Part shown: piece after piece, positions 27,191 through 39,670 of the stretch | Position numbering within the stretch: the first letter of the stretch is position 1 | How the letters are laid out: every line of letters begins with the position of its first letter | Assembly: GCA_002633005.1 (NCBI GenBank) | Contig: NMRA01000019.1 | Location: 338,057-402,056, forward strand | Source of the DNA: Phoronis australis | Taxonomy: Eukaryota > Animalia > Phoronida | Length of the DNA: 64,000 bases | Direction of reading: 5' to 3' | The notes under the pieces: model-generated | What the model saw: the letters and a program-made list of their open reading frames with translations, nothing else | Database searches by the model: none | Told to the model about the DNA's origin: nothing | Translations under genes and position numbers: made by a program

Positions 27191-29433
27191 CGCGCTTTTG
27201 GATTATACTAATTAATGACTGTCTTTACGAGCCGCCTTAATTAACTTTGTGTAAATTAAATACGAAGTTACGACCGCACTTACGACCTTCGATAAAACGA
27301 GCCCCTGGGCAGTAGCTGCGCCAGAATTTATTCTTTTCAGATGCAATCTATACAAAAACCGTATTCATAGGATTCGCATGGTGTATGCCTATTTCAATCA
27401 CGTCGGATAAGAATCTCCTTGTCTTTTCTTACAAACATTCACGCTACTGATGTCCTTATATTTTTACATTGACAGGCGTGCGAACGCAACGTTTTCTCAA
27501 ACTGATTCATTGTGTGAAATTTTCCCTTTTTGCCGGTCCCTGCATTTTGCTGAAAAATGGCACATATTCCAGTACGGTGAGCACTCGAGGCCCATATGCT
27601 TTTCTCAACAAATTTTGAACTTAGGGCGCAGTGCACGTCTACTATTGTGTGTGTAGCACTTGCTTGTAAAATCCAGTTACCTTCCCGTAAACTCCATTTC
27701 CGGAGCCAAGGACACCAAACCAGCGGTACAAATCCGCAGATTTGCACCCCTGAACACCACAGATGCACCGAAAAGGCTCCAAAGTCCATTTCAAAAGACT
27801 ACTAGATGTCACGGCCGTACCCCTAATTCACAGCCAGACTATACAAGCATGGCTTTGGAATCTGCTCTCCGGAAATTAGTCATCGTGTAAGGAGCACGGT
27901 GCCTGTGTCTAGTTAAGGCGTGCAAATCTAAGGATTTTCTTGCTGCGTGGTCCTGGTCTGGAGTTCAGGTTGATCGTTTCTGGAACTAGGAGGTGCTTAC
28001 ACAGGCGGTGTTTCCAGCCCTCGGTGACGTGATACCAAGTAATTAAAAGATATGCAAATGCATGACCTAACGACCAGCAAAACGGTTTCATTAAATTCTG
28101 TGACCACGAAAACATGGATGCAAATGTCAGAATTTTTAAGTACATGAAATGCCCCCGTAAGGCAGTCACGGATAGAAGCAGTAATTTAGTACTTGTGGCC
28201 ACTATTTGCATATATCATGCAAATTTATCATGCTGAAGCTTGCACATTGATTTCATTAAGTTAATTTACCAAAGAAACATGGGAGAGAATATCAATATAA
28301 TTTACTTGTGGTGCTTTTTCTCCTAGCTATAAGCACAAGTACATTTTGAATAACGGTGGCATTCATTTGCATAAATTGTGCACATTCATGCTTTATCCAC
28401 CTGTAAAATAGCTCTATTAAATTCACTGACTTTAGAAACATAGGTAAAAACATCCAAACAATCTACCTACGGTATTTGATAAGGCAGGTATAAACAAAAA
28501 CAGAAGTGTTCATAATGGCAGCCTTAATTTGCATGTTTAAAAAAATGCTCAAAGTTGTCATGATTACAACCCAGCTAAAATACTCCAGGGGGCCACATCA
28601 ACATAAAACAATAAAAAACCTTATACTACCAAGAATTTCTAGGTGCCCTATGGGACCCTGTGGCTGGCTACTAGACTATTAGTATGTAGCGCGGCGACCT
28701 TTCAAACGGTTGAACAAATGACAGTTGTGTATACAAAAGTGCGATCTACAGATGAACTCGTGTTACCCTAAAATTTGCGTCTTTGTGAATATGCAATGTA
28801 CTCATTTTATATACAAAAAGTTCCTTATACTACTGCAGCCTTTCCAAGCATTCCCCGCTTTCTAATTTCTTAACTTTGGATCACGCGATAGAGGTGAAAG
28901 TGGTAACGACTCTGTTATACTGACGTGTAGGACCCGGCCCATGAAAATTTGGCATACTTCGGACCACCATATCTCAAAAATGGGCGATCGGATATACAGT
29001 ATAAGAGATTTATATTATGCTTCGCGCACTGTTCCAAAACGCTTTTGTATGAGGGGATATCGAAATTGGACTTTCATTATTTTCTTAAAAAATTAAAAGT
29101 TGTATGAAACCAAAACGAATTCGTAATTTAGAAATCTGCAACAACGTTTTTGACATTCATATTAAAGTAAAATGTGATCATGTTTTGCTATCGATGTACC
29201 TTCCATGAGTTCTTTTCGTTGAATTTTACTAAAAAGACATGATCACGTGACCGTCTTAATGGCAGATTGATAAAAAACCCCAAAATCATAATCTACCAGC
29301 GTTCTACTTTCAGAAAATGTGTGCTTTCACTTGGTTAAAATCTATAGTTTTGAAAATGTTTAGATAAATACACACACTTGTCAATGAGGTCCTACATACG
29401 CAATGTGCTGTTTTATATTTTCAGGAACGCGTT

Positions 29434-30125
29434 GATAAATACACAAAACGTACCGAGAGTGGCGTAGATGAAGTATTATCCCACTTGACATTATTCCTTC
29501 GGTCTCTGTCGATACGCTGAATAATGTCCAGTGGGGGTATAACTTGATGTACGCGAATCGAAGTACGTTTTGTATTTATCCCATACGCTTCAAATTCCTG
29601 TGTTTCATTCATTTCTTTCGGCAGATTTTTTAAATACTTCACTGAGACTAATCACGTGGCGGATCACAACCTATATGTACAGTATGTACTTGCGCGTTAG
29701 GTTGCAACTTTTCTTTAGTAAAAGAAACAGTTTTAAATGTAAGGATTTATTCTCAAAATAGTTAAATAACAGCAATATTTGATATTGTAGTTACCGAGGA
29801 ATCGGCGCCTGAGTTGCAGACGATATAATGTTTATCAATTGAAAACTGAGACAGAACTGTCATGTAATTAACAGTCCTGTTCCAGATGTTACGATTGGGA
29901 CCTGGTTGCATGTTGAGCGTTATTTACACTGCTGAAATTGTATTACTTTAAACTATTTTCTGATAGTTTGATGATCGAACCGGCTAACGACGTCGAGTCG
30001 ACATTGACCTACCTTTTGAACTTTCCATGTCAGAGGTCACTGTTGAAGTAGTGCGGGCGGTGAATAGGGAAAACATTATTACATGGCCGTATTGCACTCG
30101 ACAGATTCAATGTGTATGGGATAAA
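29434..30125 (+). mobile_element. Hairpin-headed element family A, copy 2 (near full length)
   Basis: 5' palindrome 29434-29580, then tttatcccatac ... gtatgggataaa inverted repeat; body matches 33175-33775 and 33920-34560. Confidence 0.85.
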
Positions 30126-30313
30126 CGACTTGTACCTGGAAGACAATTTCTTTCTGCCAATATGTATTGCAGCTGATGAATATCAACGTTGAACGCTGTT
30201 TAAATAAATGATTAATCGAGAATAGAGTAAAAATTCCAAATAATTGATTTTCTGCAGCTGGCCGTATTTTTATGACATATACAATGGTTTAATATGACGC
30301 TGTTGCATTTCAG

Positions 30314-30442
30314 ACTAAGGTGTCGTTACGAGTGGAATTCTTAAAAATTGGCGATGTCGACACTAAGAAAAACGAGTTTACGGGCGACGTGTTGTTGGAA
30401 GCAAGCTGGCAAGAGCCGGGGCTGAGGGGAAAATCGGACGAG
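30314..30442 (+). CDS. Cys-less pLGIC exon 2 (TKVSLRVEFLKIGDVDTKKNEFTGDVLLEASWQEP)
   Basis: Acceptor catttcag, donor GAG|GTAGGG; beta1-beta2 pattern I.DVD....F...L...W.EP. Confidence 0.9.
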
Positions 30443-30893
30443 GTAGGGCAACACAAGCTGTGGAGATTCAGATGATGGAGAAAGTGAAATTTTTAGTAGT
30501 TTATTTTGCACTATCAAGAATTATGTTGTTTACAAGTATACTAAACTAAACTCAGTTTTGGCCTATTAATGGATATTGAAATCGACTGTAACCTTCGACA
30601 CCCCTCACTAGTTTTGAGGAAAATTTGAAAGCTCCTTTCAAAGTCTGCTAAACGGGCAAGCTTGACCTACACTTTTGGGTAATTACACAGCAACTGTGGG
30701 AAAACACCATTCACCAAGGACCATTATGTCCAATTTGTGAAATAGGGGGTATGGGCTTTTAGTTAATTCCTGATTTCACCTTTCAAGATTGGCGCCAATG
30801 GTGCATTTGCAGGTGAGAGAACGAGGATTGGTTGAAATCACTAGAACAGGCTTTTAATTTTAGATGTAGTGTTGATATAAATAAAGAGTAACT

Positions 30894-31136
30894 CAGAGGC
30901 GGATATATAAAGGGGGGTTCAGGGAGTTCACACACCCCCCCCCTCGGGACAGGATCAAAAATAAAAATTGAAAGAAATTCAGCCAGAAAAACGAAATCAG
31001 GTACTAAAATCCTCAACAAATCTTACACGGGAGGGGAAAACCCCCTTCCGATCTTTCTTCCGCTCAGCGCTATGCGCCTCGGATTCGCTCGAATCCTAAC
31101 CCCCCCCCCCCTACTGAAAACGTAGATCTGTCACTG
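30894..31136. mobile_element. hAT-like MITE with 5-bp TSD
   Basis: TIRs cagaggcggatatat / gtagatctgtcactg; TAACT on both flanks. Confidence 0.75.
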
Positions 31137-31771
31137 TAACTGCACTTACACGTTTTGCCTAGGTTCACTTTTACAGATGAACTGATGTACTAAAAGATAA
31201 GGAAATTGAGCTCACGTGCTACCGTTGTAGTGGCCATAATCAGTTATTCAAACACAGAATTTACAAACCAAATGCCCTCTCTTTAGGCCCATGCCTTTTT
31301 GTGGCCTTTTTACCCAAGTGGTTCAAATATTACCGCATGCGCCTAGGTTTCGCATACAAGCCCAGGTAATGTCCTCTGCATAGGCCCATACATTAATTTG
31401 ATTTTAGTCGCACTCATTTTGACTACCGCTGATGGCATTTTTTACGTTTGCCTCTGTCTCTAGAGTTCCTTGGCGCATTTTCAAGAAATTTGTAAGTAGT
31501 TTTGCATCACCGTTTTATCACGCCTTTAGGCCCATGAGCCTATATCGGAAATGATGCCTATTTTTCGCGGCATTTTTTACCGAAGTGGTTCGCATATTGG
31601 TCCGTTCGCCTAAGTTTTGCGTATAAGCTCAGTACCTCGTTGACGCCCATGACTCTAATGGCGCGCCAATACGGCATATGTCTGTACTGAATCTTATGAT
31701 TTACACGTGGTGAAAAGTCATTCAACGAGAAAACGAGTTGGCAAAACGCTAATCATGAGCTTTGTTTTTAG

Positions 31772-31978
31772 GAACTGAATGATTTGGAGGATCGATATGG
31801 TGAAATATGGGACCCCAAGTTGATAATCCTGAACATGGACCAGGCCCCGAGAACGAATGAGGTCACATACGACATTGAGTACGGACCTGATGGAATTCCA
31901 GTTGTCTATTACAGAAGAAAAATAAGAGGTTCCTTCTTTGAGAGACTCGAGCTTAGACATTTCCCGTTTGACGTTCAG
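31772..31978 (+). CDS. Cys-less pLGIC exon 3 (WDPKLIILN ... LELRHFPFDVQ)
   Basis: Acceptor gtttttag, donor CAG|GTAACT; loop-A W.P motif and Pro-loop FPFD without cysteines. Confidence 0.93.
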
Positions 31979-32602
31979 GTAACTTGTACCCCAACAGCAA
32001 TGCTCTTTTGAATAAGGAGTCAAAATGAACTACCATCTAGCGGCAATGCAATGCTGAACCCATTTTATGCACGCTTGTCAACTCCTGGGCCATTTCTATT
32101 AAAATATTACGTTTTTGTCATTTCCATATCCGCCTTGTATGCAGGGTTGGTGTTTTGGTTCCATTTGATATCCTCTCTGGCGCTTTAATCCCTGAATTCG
32201 ATGGAATACGTTTAACAGGGGCGTTCGGTTGCCTGGGCTTCCAGCCAATCCGACCACAGTCGTTGTCACCTAGCTGTACCTGCAAATCAATAACTAAACA
32301 CTCCTCTTTTGAAATCGTATATGCACTGAGGAAATATAGTTGAATGGCAACAATTAATAGTGTTTGAACAGTATTTATTGATATGAGCAACAAGAACGGA
32401 AACGCAGATTTTTCAGCACACAGTAACCATCTTCAGATTTTTGATTTTTAAAATTTGCAACTCGCACTGAAGTCCCGTAATTGGTTTTGCTGATCATCTT
32501 GATGATCGCAATTGATTTGCAAAAATTACTAATTATGTTTACATATGTTTTCTGTATCTAACCGATGCCCGGGTCATAATCGTTCCGTTTCTTCGCCTGC
32601 AG

Positions 32603-32743
32603 GAGCTGTCACTTCATATCGTCTCCGATCATCCTGCAAAACAAGTGTCGCTGGAACTCTGCCAGGATAACAAAAGTACTGTCCACACCCATACCTTCAG
32701 GGACGTCGACGAATGGACTTTATTCAAATCCGTTAAGGAAGAC
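32603..32743 (+). CDS. Cys-less pLGIC exon 4 (ELSLHIVSD ... DEWTL)
   Basis: Acceptor cctgcag, donor GAC|GTAATT; beta7 and conserved EW motif. Confidence 0.9.
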
Positions 32744-33091
32744 GTAATTGTTTTTCCTACTACCTCTGTGATATTGTGATAAACGCATTACACTCGGCAG
32801 TGTTCCTACTGATCTGGAATGCTTTCGATTATATTTCTCTATTTAAGCCTGCATTTCTAGTTACATTGACTTTCAAATCGCCCAACTCAGTATAGATTGG
32901 AAGTTTCTGTGATTTTGTTACCACTTTTCAGACTCATGCGAGTTTAAAGCAGCTATAAACCCACTTTACGTCGCAAAAATATTTTTATTTAGACCAGTTA
33001 CTGTTATGAAATTTGTCTCAAAGTGTTCCCTATAGTTAAAGTAGGTGGGATTTGATTTTTTGGCTTTGACAGAGCTTACATGTACAGTACA

Positions 33092-34560
33092 TACATAAAA
33101 CGTACCTCGATTGGCGTACATTAAGTAATATCCCACGATACATTATTACGCGTATCGACCGAGACCGAAGGTATTTATCCCATACGCTTCAATTTTTTAA
33201 GTTTCTTTCATTTTTTCTGCAGATTTTTTAAATACTTCACTCAGACTGTTCACGTGGCGGATCACATCCTATATGTATGTACTTGCGCGTTAGGCTGCAA
33301 GTTTTCTCTAGTAAAAGAAACAGTTTTAAATGTGACGATTTATTTCTTGAAAAAAGATAACAAAGATGAATACAAGAGTAACTTTTCATTGAACTTGTAT
33401 CATCTCCCGATAATAGTTAAATAATAACAATATTTGATATTGTTGTTATCGATGAATCGTCACCAGAGTTGCAGACGATAAAATATTTAGCAAATGAAAA
33501 CTGTGACAGAACTGTCATACGATTAACAGTACTGTTCCAGATGTTACGATTAAGACCTGATTGTATGTTGAGCGTTATTTACACTGCTATTTTACACTGC
33601 TGTATTTTTTAAACTATTTTTGGTGATCGAACCGGCTAACGACGTCGAGTCGACATTGACCTACCTTTGAACTTTTCATGTCAGAGGTCACTGTTGAAGT
33701 AGTGCGGGAGGTGAATACGGAAAATTTTATTACATGGCCGTATTTCCCTCGACAGTTTCAACGCGTATGGGATGAATATAGGTTATACAATGTACGTGTT
33801 TGTACCAGTGGTTATTATATCGAGATTCGTGATATGCAAAAGTATTTGAACGAGGGCGATACGCGGAATAATGTCTCGTGGGATTTTACTTCATGTACGC
33901 CAATCGAGGTACGTTTTGTATTTATCCCATGCACTTCGAATCCCTAAGTTTCTTGCATTTTTTTCGGCAGATTTTTCAAATACTTCACCCAGACTGTTCA
34001 CATGGCGGATCACATCCTATATTTATGTACTTGCGCGTTAGGTTTCAAGTTTTCTCTTGTAAAGGAAGTAAGGATTTATTTCTTGTAAAGAGGCAGCAAA
34101 GATGAAAACAACGGCAACTGAGCAGTGAAGTTGTAACATCTCCTGGAAATAGTTAAAAGACAACAATATTTGATATTTTAATTTCCTAGAAAGTTAAAAG
34201 ACAACAATATTTGATATTTTAATTTCCTAGGAATCGGCGCCTGAGTTGCAGACGATATACTATTCAACAATTGAAAACTGAGACATAAGTGTCTTATAGT
34301 TAACAGTTTTGTTCCAAATTTTACGTTTAGGGCCTGGTTGCATGTCGAGTGTTAGTTACACTGTTGCAACTGTATTACTTTAAACTATATTCGGAAAGTT
34401 TGATGATCGAACCGGCTCAGAAGACGTCTAGTCGACATTGACCTACCTTTTGAACTTTCCATGTCAGAGGTCGCTTTTAAAGTAGTGCGGGAGGTGAATA
34501 CGGAAAACTTTATTTCATGGCCGTATTTCCCTCAACAGATTCAACGCGCGTGTGATAAAG
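33092..34560 (+). mobile_element. Two head-to-tail family A copies (33092-33775 and 33856-34560)
   Basis: Both share tttatcccat..., gatcgaaccggct, gtcgacattgacctacc and end in gcgtatgggatg / gcgtgtgataa; the second has a ~42-bp internal tandem duplication at about 34147-34230. Confidence 0.85.
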
Positions 34561-35147
34561 TTCGTTATTGCTTGAGACAATGCTTCACAAGACTTGTTAC
34601 GGAGTTTTATGTCTGCCCGCGAGCATGATTTCTCGCAGTAAAAAAATGTCAGCTCATTGCAAGACCAAACGCCACCTTCCGCCTGAGTGAGGAATACGTT
34701 GAGAGCAACTTTTTAGAAATAGTCTAATCACGAATTAATTTCCTCGACGGAACGAGTGTTTATTCGTTGGAGAAAAATACGTTTCATCTAACCCACGTTG
34801 TATTATGATTCATGCTGTACGTTTTTCTAACAAAGACGAAATAGTAACAGACTTTTTAGTTAAATCGGTAGCTCACTGAAGTTCTCTTATTAATCTTATC
34901 TCTTCTACAAATTTCGTTGTCGATGCTGCTTCTTGTCGTTCAATGTTTTGCCTTTGGATGCAGCGCCTTCCTATTTTTTCTCGTTTTGCCCGAATTTTCC
35001 GTAAATTTGCCCGAATGGTAGGAGTGGGCGGTGGGTAAGTGCCACCCTGCACCCCGCCGCTGTTTTATACGTCTGTGACTGGACTCACCTACTATCAGAT
35101 AAGATGGGATAAACATTTTCGTCACTCTAAGTCTATTGTCACAACAG

Positions 35148-35357
35148 GTTAAACCCCATACCAATGACTTTGGTTCAGATACTGACCGAAATATCGAAGA
35201 CAGAAGGGGTCACTTTCCCGTGGAGAAAATGGGAGAAGGGTCGCAATCCATGATTGACATGAGCCGGGCGACGAGGATGAGGAAAAACCGGCTCATTTTC
35301 AACTGTTTTGTGGCCAGAAATTATGGATATTGGATTTTCAACGTCTTCACGATTTTG
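35148..35357 (+). CDS. Cys-less pLGIC exon 5 (long loop, beta10, pre-M1 VARNYGYWIFNVFTIL)
   Basis: Acceptor acaacag, donor TTG|GTGAGA; R...YW..N pre-M1 motif. Confidence 0.9.
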
Positions 35358-35596
35358 GTGAGACATACTAATGATTGCGCTTTGTTGTTGATGTAATCTG
35401 AGTTTCCTTGTGTGTTTTCATAACAGAGATGAATTGGACGTTAGGGTATGAATTATACAATGTGCTTGCACAGTCTGGGTTCATAACTATAGTCGGGACA
35501 TCATTGTCGACGTATTTCGATGACGATTCATGTTTTGTTATGGGTTTGCGTTTTGCAGAAGAGTGGACTCAAGTTCTCAAGCTAGATCTATGGCTC

Positions 35597-36228
35597 GTAT
35601 AGATTATTACATGTTCTCAGTCGTTATCCCCCTTTATCTAGAGCCCGAGTGGATTTTGGAGAATTATCGCCCGAGGGGCGTTAGCCTCGAGGTTGATAAT
35701 TCTACAAAATCCACATACTGAACGAAAAACATTCCAATGAATCGATCTACCTTTCTGGACTCGCCTCGGCTTTGTAACTACTTTCTACATTGTACATATG
35801 TCAGAGGCCCGTGGTTGGAGGTCGTGACCTTTTAAGAAAAGCCGAGCTATTTTTGTCAAATAATGCTTTTACTCAAAACTAATTGAAAAATAAAACAAAA
35901 TTAAAATAAAATGAATCTATAAATTAAAGTTTAGCAACTATTATAGCTTACTACCTATTTTATCACGCTAAGCTTCGACCGGGAAAATATCGTCTGCTAA
36001 AGTAGGTTACCACTAGTAACTGACTGTAATGCTCAAGTCAAAGGATCCCGACGACACGATACCCGCATCCAAATTGGAGATCGGTAATTTACAAGTGAGA
36101 GAACACGAGAGAAAAATTCCATTGAATTAAAACATCGTTTTTATGGAAATTATGCGTCTTATTTTTCATAGCGTATAAATGTCCCTTTGCTGAACATGCG
36201 ATTGTTACGCGTGCTCATTTAAGTATAA
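35597..36228 (+). mobile_element. Hairpin-headed element family B, copy 2
   Basis: High similarity to 53763-54430 (tatctagagcccgagtggattttgg, gctaagcttcgaccgg). Confidence 0.85.
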
Positions 36229-36639
36229 TGAAAACATTAGACCCCAGTCTATGAAAACCTCTGCGAAAGTAGGATCTGCAAAAGGGAGCGACACTGACGG
36301 CAACGGGGGGTGGCGGTATCTTTGCCTTCAGCTTCGGGTCGCAGTAAGGCTAGCTACGTCACTGGCCAAAACAAAAATTGCTAAGGGATAATCAAGTATG
36401 GATGGTCCTCGTTGTTGTCGTTATGTCGAATTGTTGCACATATTAATACATGTGCTTATTCACAGACAGGTTGCATTTGTCTAGTACTATCCTGCTCCGC
36501 TGTAAAAATCAGTGCCCAATTAAGCAGTTGCGGGGCCCGTAGCTTAAGTCGAAGCGTGGGGCCTCCTTACTCAAATACTTGTACAACGATTATATAATAG
36601 TAAAAACAAAATAGGTGTAATTTTCACTTTTGAGAAGGA

Positions 36640-37100
36640 AAGCAGTTGAGACGGCTCTTGATGAGACAGTATGTCCACTGGGCAACGTTAACTGTTGGTC
36701 GTATTGGACGATTCCAGGATAATTCACACGCCGCTTATCAGAGGCCTAGCGTTTGTGCCAATTATAATATCAAGAATGCAACCTTTGTCAAATACATATT
36801 CGTTAACTTTGTAAACTTTAGCTCTGAGTAAGACAACGACAATACAATTCTTTGAACATCGCTAACTCAGTGAGGTCTCGCACTCTTGCCACTTCACATA
36901 TTGAAAAGAGCGGGTCCACAACACAACCTTTCCAAATCGCGTCGTCGCCTGAATAAGGTATACGTCTACTTATTGATGCCTCTAGAAATCTCGTGAGTGC
37001 GGGTCCCCAAAAAGCGCGGGCTATAGCATATATTACTTCTGCTTCATTCTTAAAATGTGACACTGGTACAGATATCCTAATAAACGTGCCCATGATTACA
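36640..37100 (+). mobile_element. Highly decayed CR1/L2-like LINE 3' fragment
   Basis: Translations LHILKRAG and QK.RAIAYI resemble the post-RT region of CR1/L2 ORF2; many disruptions. Confidence 0.4.
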
Positions 37101-37184
37101 ACCAGATTCGAGAATGGCAAGTGTTAATCATGTTAATTATATCTGTTATTCAATAACCGTGATACATTTTTTCTGTCTCTTCAG

Positions 37185-37340
37185 CTCCTGATCAACTGCC
37201 TCACATTCACCCCATTTGCCTTCCGGCATACAGAAACCAGTTTCAGACTTAGCGTGATGATGACGCTACTGCTTACCACTGTGGCCCAAAAGATGGCGCT
37301 AGGACAGATGCTTCCACCCATATCATACCTGACTTATCTG
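37185..37340 (+). CDS. Cys-less pLGIC exon 6 (end of M1, M2 RLSVMMTLLLTTVAQK, M2-M3 linker LPPISYLTYL)
   Basis: Acceptor ctcttcag, donor CTG|GTGAGA; typical M2 and LP.ISY.T.LD motif. Confidence 0.95.
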
Positions 37341-38049
37341 GTGAGAAAATGTTGCAACGTTTTTTCTTACTTCGTGAACAATGTGTTTATTTAGTCTTAA
37401 CTACAGTCAATTACGGTTTTGGACCGATATACGACAGACAGGAGAGTCGGACCCGAATGTGTGGGTGATGTCAGCCGACAAGAACAGTCCGTTGGTGCAA
37501 CAACAAAACTAAAAGTCAATGGAACTACAGACCCAGTCATTTCAGCACTGCAGTGGCACGTCCAGAAACCTAGTAACGTGATCACTACCCCCCCAGATGT
37601 TTCGCGCCGTTTTATCATAAAACAGAATGAGAATGCTTGTCCGACAGAGACCCCTAGTGTTCGAACGTTAATAGAAGTTGCAAATATCTACTTCCACGTT
37701 TCAAAGGGTTCCAACTCTTGTTGCTTAATCTTTCAGTGCAAATTGCTAACCAGGGATTTATTTAAGCGTGAAACATGACGGAATTTCGCAGAATATATTT
37801 TTTGAACGTGAATCTTTCCAAATGTGACTGAACACTGTTTACAAGCTAAAGAGGGTGTTGGTTGATAGTTAAATATGTGTATTTATATACACATTGGTTA
37901 TGCACCAATTCTGTATAATGTGAAAATAGATCGCATTTTTATGCGCCCACATATTTATATGTGGACGTATTATGCCGTCATCTCCGTCCGGGCGGCGTCC
38001 GCCCGGCGTCTCTCCGGCGTCCGTCCGGCGTCCGGCGTCTGCTGCTCTA

Positions 38050-39670
38050 ACTCCAAAACCGTTTGACGTATGTTCATGAAATTTTGCACGTGTTCCTTTC
38101 ATGGATGGGACGGCATGAGCGAACTTTCGGACGGATTGGACTACCGGTCTGCCCCCTAGTGGCAATTTTAGTTTTAAACGCTTACCTCTATATCTTCAAA
38201 GGTCTTCTGCGAATTGTCTTAAAATTTGGCATGTAGGCATCTAGTAGTGAGATGACGCTATCCACCTGTTTTCGGATAGATTCGACGTAATTTGCGCCAC
38301 CTAGTGGCCAATTTTTATGGTTTTCGAGTATGTTTTTAGTCGTCCACCCCTCTATAAAACGCTCTAAGGATTATTGTGTGGAAATTGACATGTATGTTCT
38401 TACTATGAAGAGGACGGCTGACGATGATTTTCTGACGATTTCGACGACTGTGGCGCCTCCTAGTGGCAGTTTTTTTTTTTGCTCCTATTGCTGTATCTCC
38501 TAAACCGTCTGCAGGATCTTTACTAAATTTAGTAAGTGCATTTATATGATGTTGACAGAGGACGACGACGATTTTCGAGCGGATTTGTGTACTGGTGTGC
38601 CCCCTGGGGGCAATTTAATTTTTTTACGTTAAACTCTGTGTCTTCAAAGGTCCTCATCGCATTTTTAAAAAAATGGCGTTCAGGCTTCCGTTAGTGTGGT
38701 GACGCTATCTTTCCGTTTTCAGATAGATTCGACGTAGTTCGCGCCACCTAGTGACCATTTTTATCATTTTCGAGTCTGCTTCTTGGCGTCCACCCCTCTA
38801 TCAACCTAATTGCTTTCAGGATAATTGTGAAAATTGGCATGTATGTTTTTAATATGAAGTGGACGCCTGACGATGATTTTCCGATGACTTCAGCTACTGT
38901 GGCGCCTCTTAGTGGCAGTTTCGTTTTTTTGCGCCCATGGCTGTATCTCTTAAACCGTTTGCAGGATCTTTACTAAATTTAACAAGTGTATTTATATGAT
39001 GTTTACAAAGAACACCGACTGCTTTCGAACGGATCTGACTCTTGGTGTGCCCCCTGGTGGCAATTTTAGATTTTACGTTTACCTCAGTATGTTAAAGGGT
39101 GCTCAACGGATTTTCATAGAATTTTGATTACATGCATCTGTTGGTTAGATGACGCTATCCTCCCATTTTTAGATGGAATCGAGGTATTTTGCGCCACCTA
39201 GTGGCTATTTTTGCTGTTTTCGAGTCTGTTTTTGGCGTTCACCCCTCTATTAACCAAATCATTCCAAGGATGTTTTTGAAAATTGGCGTTTAAATATGTT
39301 CTCTGTGTGAAGAGGATGGTTGACGATGACGACTTTGACTACTGTGGCTTCTCTAATGGTAGTTTTGTTTTGTTTTGTTTTGCACCCATAGCTGTATCTT
39401 CTAAACCCACTGCTGGGTCTTTATTAAATTTAGTAAGTGTATTTATATAAAGCTAACAACAGACAATGACGACTTTCAGGCGGATTCAATGAACACTGTG
39501 CCCCCTAGTGGCAGTTTTCATTTTATTCTGTTTTTCTTTGTTTCTCTGAAGTTCCGTGACAGATTTCTATGAAATTTGGTGAATAGCTTTCTATTAAAGA
39601 AGCTATGACATGTTCCCATTTTCGAAGGGATTGTACATGTACGTCTTTGCGCCATCTAGTGGTCATTTTT
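38050..39670 (+). repeat. ~150-bp monomers arranged as a ~450-bp trimeric higher-order repeat
   Basis: Equivalent motif positions at about 38150/38597/39047/39498, 38294/38741/39191/39649 and 38452/38901/39346. Confidence 0.85.
38150..39664 (-). promoter_or_regulatory. Array of ~11 co-oriented CTCF-consensus motifs (putative)
   Basis: Minus-strand reads such as TGGCCACTAGGTGGCGCA (38293-38310), TGCCACTAGGGGGCAG, CTGCCACTAGGAGGCGCC, TGCCACCAGGGGGCAC match the CTCF core CCACYAGRKGGCR; binding not shown. Confidence 0.55.

Noticed and set aside
31280-31635. Imperfect ~110-bp direct repeat in channel intron 2
   Set aside because: Real but looks like an ordinary local duplication with no further structure
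38150-39664. CRISPR-like repeat-spacer array
   Set aside because: Intervening sequences are homologous tandem monomers of about 130 bp, not unique spacers; eukaryotic context and no cas genes
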